From NCBI RefSeq assembly GCF_030144855.1, contig NC_082714.1, positions 31,682,001 to 31,746,000 on the forward strand: a DNA stretch of 64,000 nucleotides. Reading direction: 5' to 3'. This document shows positions 61,705-64,000 of the stretch, in pieces. The stretch comes from Hypanus sabinus (taxonomy: Eukaryota). The notes beneath the pieces were generated by a model, which was not told the origin of the DNA, ran no database searches, and was given only the letters and a program-made list of their open reading frames with translations. Within the stretch, counting starts at the first letter, position 1; every line of letters begins with the position of its first letter. The translations under genes were made by a program, and so were the position numbers.

Positions 61705-64000
61705 GAACATTGAATATAGAAAACCTACGGCAAAATATAAGCCCTTCGGCCCACAAAGCTGTGCCGAACATGTCCCTTTCCTGAGAAATTACCTAGGGTT
61801 ACCCGTAGCCCTCTATTTTTCTGAGGTGCATGTACCTGTCCAGGAGTCTCTTAAAAGACCTTATTGTATCCGCCTCCACCACTGTGGCCAGCAGCCCATT
61901 CCACGCACTCAGCACTCTGCGTTTTAAAAAAAACAACTTACCCCTGACATCTCCTCTGTACCTACTTCCTAGCATCTTGAAACTGTGCCCTCTCATACTA
62001 GACATTTTAGCCCTGGGAAAAAGTCTCTGACTATCCACACGATCAATGCCTCTCATTATCTTATATACCTCTGTCAGGTCACCTCTCATCCTCCATCGCT
62101 CCAAGGAGAAAAGGCCGAGTTCACACAACCTATTCTGTTAAGGCATGCTCCCCAATCCAGGCAACATCCTTGTAAATCTTCTCTACACCCTTTCTATGGT
62201 TTCCACATCCTTCCTACAGTTAAGCGACCAGAACTGAGCACAGTACTCCAAGTGGGGTCTGAACAGGGTCCTATATAGCTGCAACATTATCTAAGCTCAT
62301 TCCCGAGATTGATGAAGGCCAATGTACCATATGCTTTTTTAACCACAGAGGCAACCAGTGCAGCAGCTTTGAGTGTCCGATGGACTTGGAACCCAAGATC
62401 CCTCTGATCCTGCACATTGCCAAGAGTCTTACCATTAGTACTATATTCTGCCATCATATTTGACCTGCCAAAATGAACCACCTCACACTTATCTGGGTTG
62501 AAATCCATCTGCCACTTCTCAGCCCAGTTTTGCATCCTATCATGTCACACTGTAACCTCTGACAGCGTTCCACACTATCCACAACATCCATAACCTTTGT
62601 GTCATCAGCAAATTTACTAACCCATCCCTTCACTTCCTCATCCAGGTCATTTATAAAAATCACGGGGTTCCAAAACATATTCCTGAGGTACACCACTGGT
62701 GACCAACCTCCATGCAGAATATGACCCATCTATAACCACTCTTTGCCTTCTGTGGGCAGGCCAGTTCTGGATACACAAAGCAATGTCCCCTTGGATCCCA
62801 TGCCTCTTTACTTTTTCAATAAGCCTTGCATGGGATAAAATATCAAATACCTTTACTGAAATCCATATACACTACATCTACTGCTGTACCTTCATCAATG
62901 TGTTTAGTCACACCCTCAAAAAATTCAATCAGGCTCATAGGCCTGACCTGCCTTTCACAAAGCCATGCCAACTATTCCTAATATTATGCCTCTCCAAATG
63001 TTCATAAATCCTGCCTCTCAGGATCTTCTCCATCAACTTACCAACTACTGTAAATAAGACTCATTGGTCTATAATTTCCTGGACTAACTCCCTCTCTTGA
63101 ATAAGGGAACAATGTCTGCAACCCTCCAATCCTCCAGAACCTGTCCCGTCTCCATTGTTGATGCAAAGATCATCGCCAGAGGCTCGGCAACCTCCTCCCT
63201 CACCTTACACGTAGCCTGGGGTACATCTTGTCCAGTCCTTGATGCTTTCCAAAAGCTCCAGCGTATACTCTTTCTTAATATCTACATGCTCAAGCTTTTC
63301 AGTCCACTGTAAGTCATCCCTACAATCGCCAAGATTCTTTTCCATGGTGAATACTGAAGCAAAGTACTCGTTAAGTACCTCTGTTGTCTCCTTTGGTTCC
63401 ATACACACTTTTCTACTGTCACACTTGATTGGTCCTATTCTCTCACATTTTATCATCTTGTTCTTCACATACTTGTAGAATGCCTTGGGGTTTTCCTTAA
63501 TCCTGTCTGCCAAGGCCTTCTCATTGCCCCTTCTGGTTCTCCTAATTTCATTCTTAAGCTCTTTCCTGCTAGCCTTATAATCTTCTAGATCTCTATCATT
63601 ACCTAGTTTTTTTTTTGAACCTTTCGCAAGCGCTTCTTCTTGACTAGATTTCCAACAGCCTTTGTATACCACTGTTTCTGTACCCAACCATCCTTTCCCT
63701 GTTTCATTGGAATGTACCTATGCAGAACTCCACGCAAATATCCCCTTTCTGCTGTACATTTCCCTGAGAACATCTGTTCCCAATTTATGCTTCCAAGTTC
63801 CTGTCTGATAGCCTCATATTTCCCCTTACTCCAATTAAACATTTCCCTAACTTGTCTGTTCCTATCCCTCTCCAATGCTATGTTAAAGGAGATAGAATTG
63901 TGATCACTATCTCCAAAATGCTGTCCCACTGAGAAATCCAACACCTGACCAGGTTCATTTCCCAATACCAGATCAAGTACAGCATCTCCTCTTGTAGGCT
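61705..64000 (-). mobile_element. CR1/HER1-like LINE ORF2 (runs off window)
   Basis: ORFs 61799-62128, 62287-62535, 62454-62729 (FADD), 63205-63687, 63603-63965 (GDSDHN endonuclease end); same subfamily as 14233-16905 and 17005-17650. Confidence 0.92.

Noticed and set aside
1-64000. Intact autonomous retroelement, tRNA, rRNA, CRISPR or prokaryotic system
   Set aside because: All RT/EN frames are broken by stops or frameshifts; tRNA-like boxes belong to SINE heads; no arrays or operon structure seen

Overview
This is vertebrate genomic DNA, not prokaryotic. The repeat content (HE1-like V-SINEs, CR1/HER1 and Rex1/Babar LINEs, Neptune-type Penelope elements) points to a cartilaginous fish, probably a ray; that assignment is inference. 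Three spliced genes can be reconstructed with GT-AG junctions and consistent phases: PTX4 (minus, 3 exons, 453 aa), ECI1 (plus, 7 exons, 306 aa) and the first three coding exons of INTS15/C7orf26 (plus, continuing past the window). Most of the remainder is decayed, often nested transposable elements, and most short ORFs in the track are TE fragments or noise. Two things stand out. (1) An 8.2-kb palindrome lies between ECI1 and INTS15, with arms 42997-46963 and 47199-51164 and a 235-bp spacer. By manual comparison the arms are identical over the inner 1.6 kb and diverge progressively outward. It has a fold-back-like junction at the centre, a templated-looking filler at the outer junction, and a spacer inverted relative to the ancestral arm. 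(2) A dispersed family of Penelope-derived elements carries minimal hammerhead-ribozyme motifs (CUGANGA-A-stem II-GAAA-NN-UH), including a head-to-head copy with a 13-bp TSD that marks the palindrome's outer breakpoint. All alignments and counts were done by eye, TE boundaries are approximate, and no database search was run.
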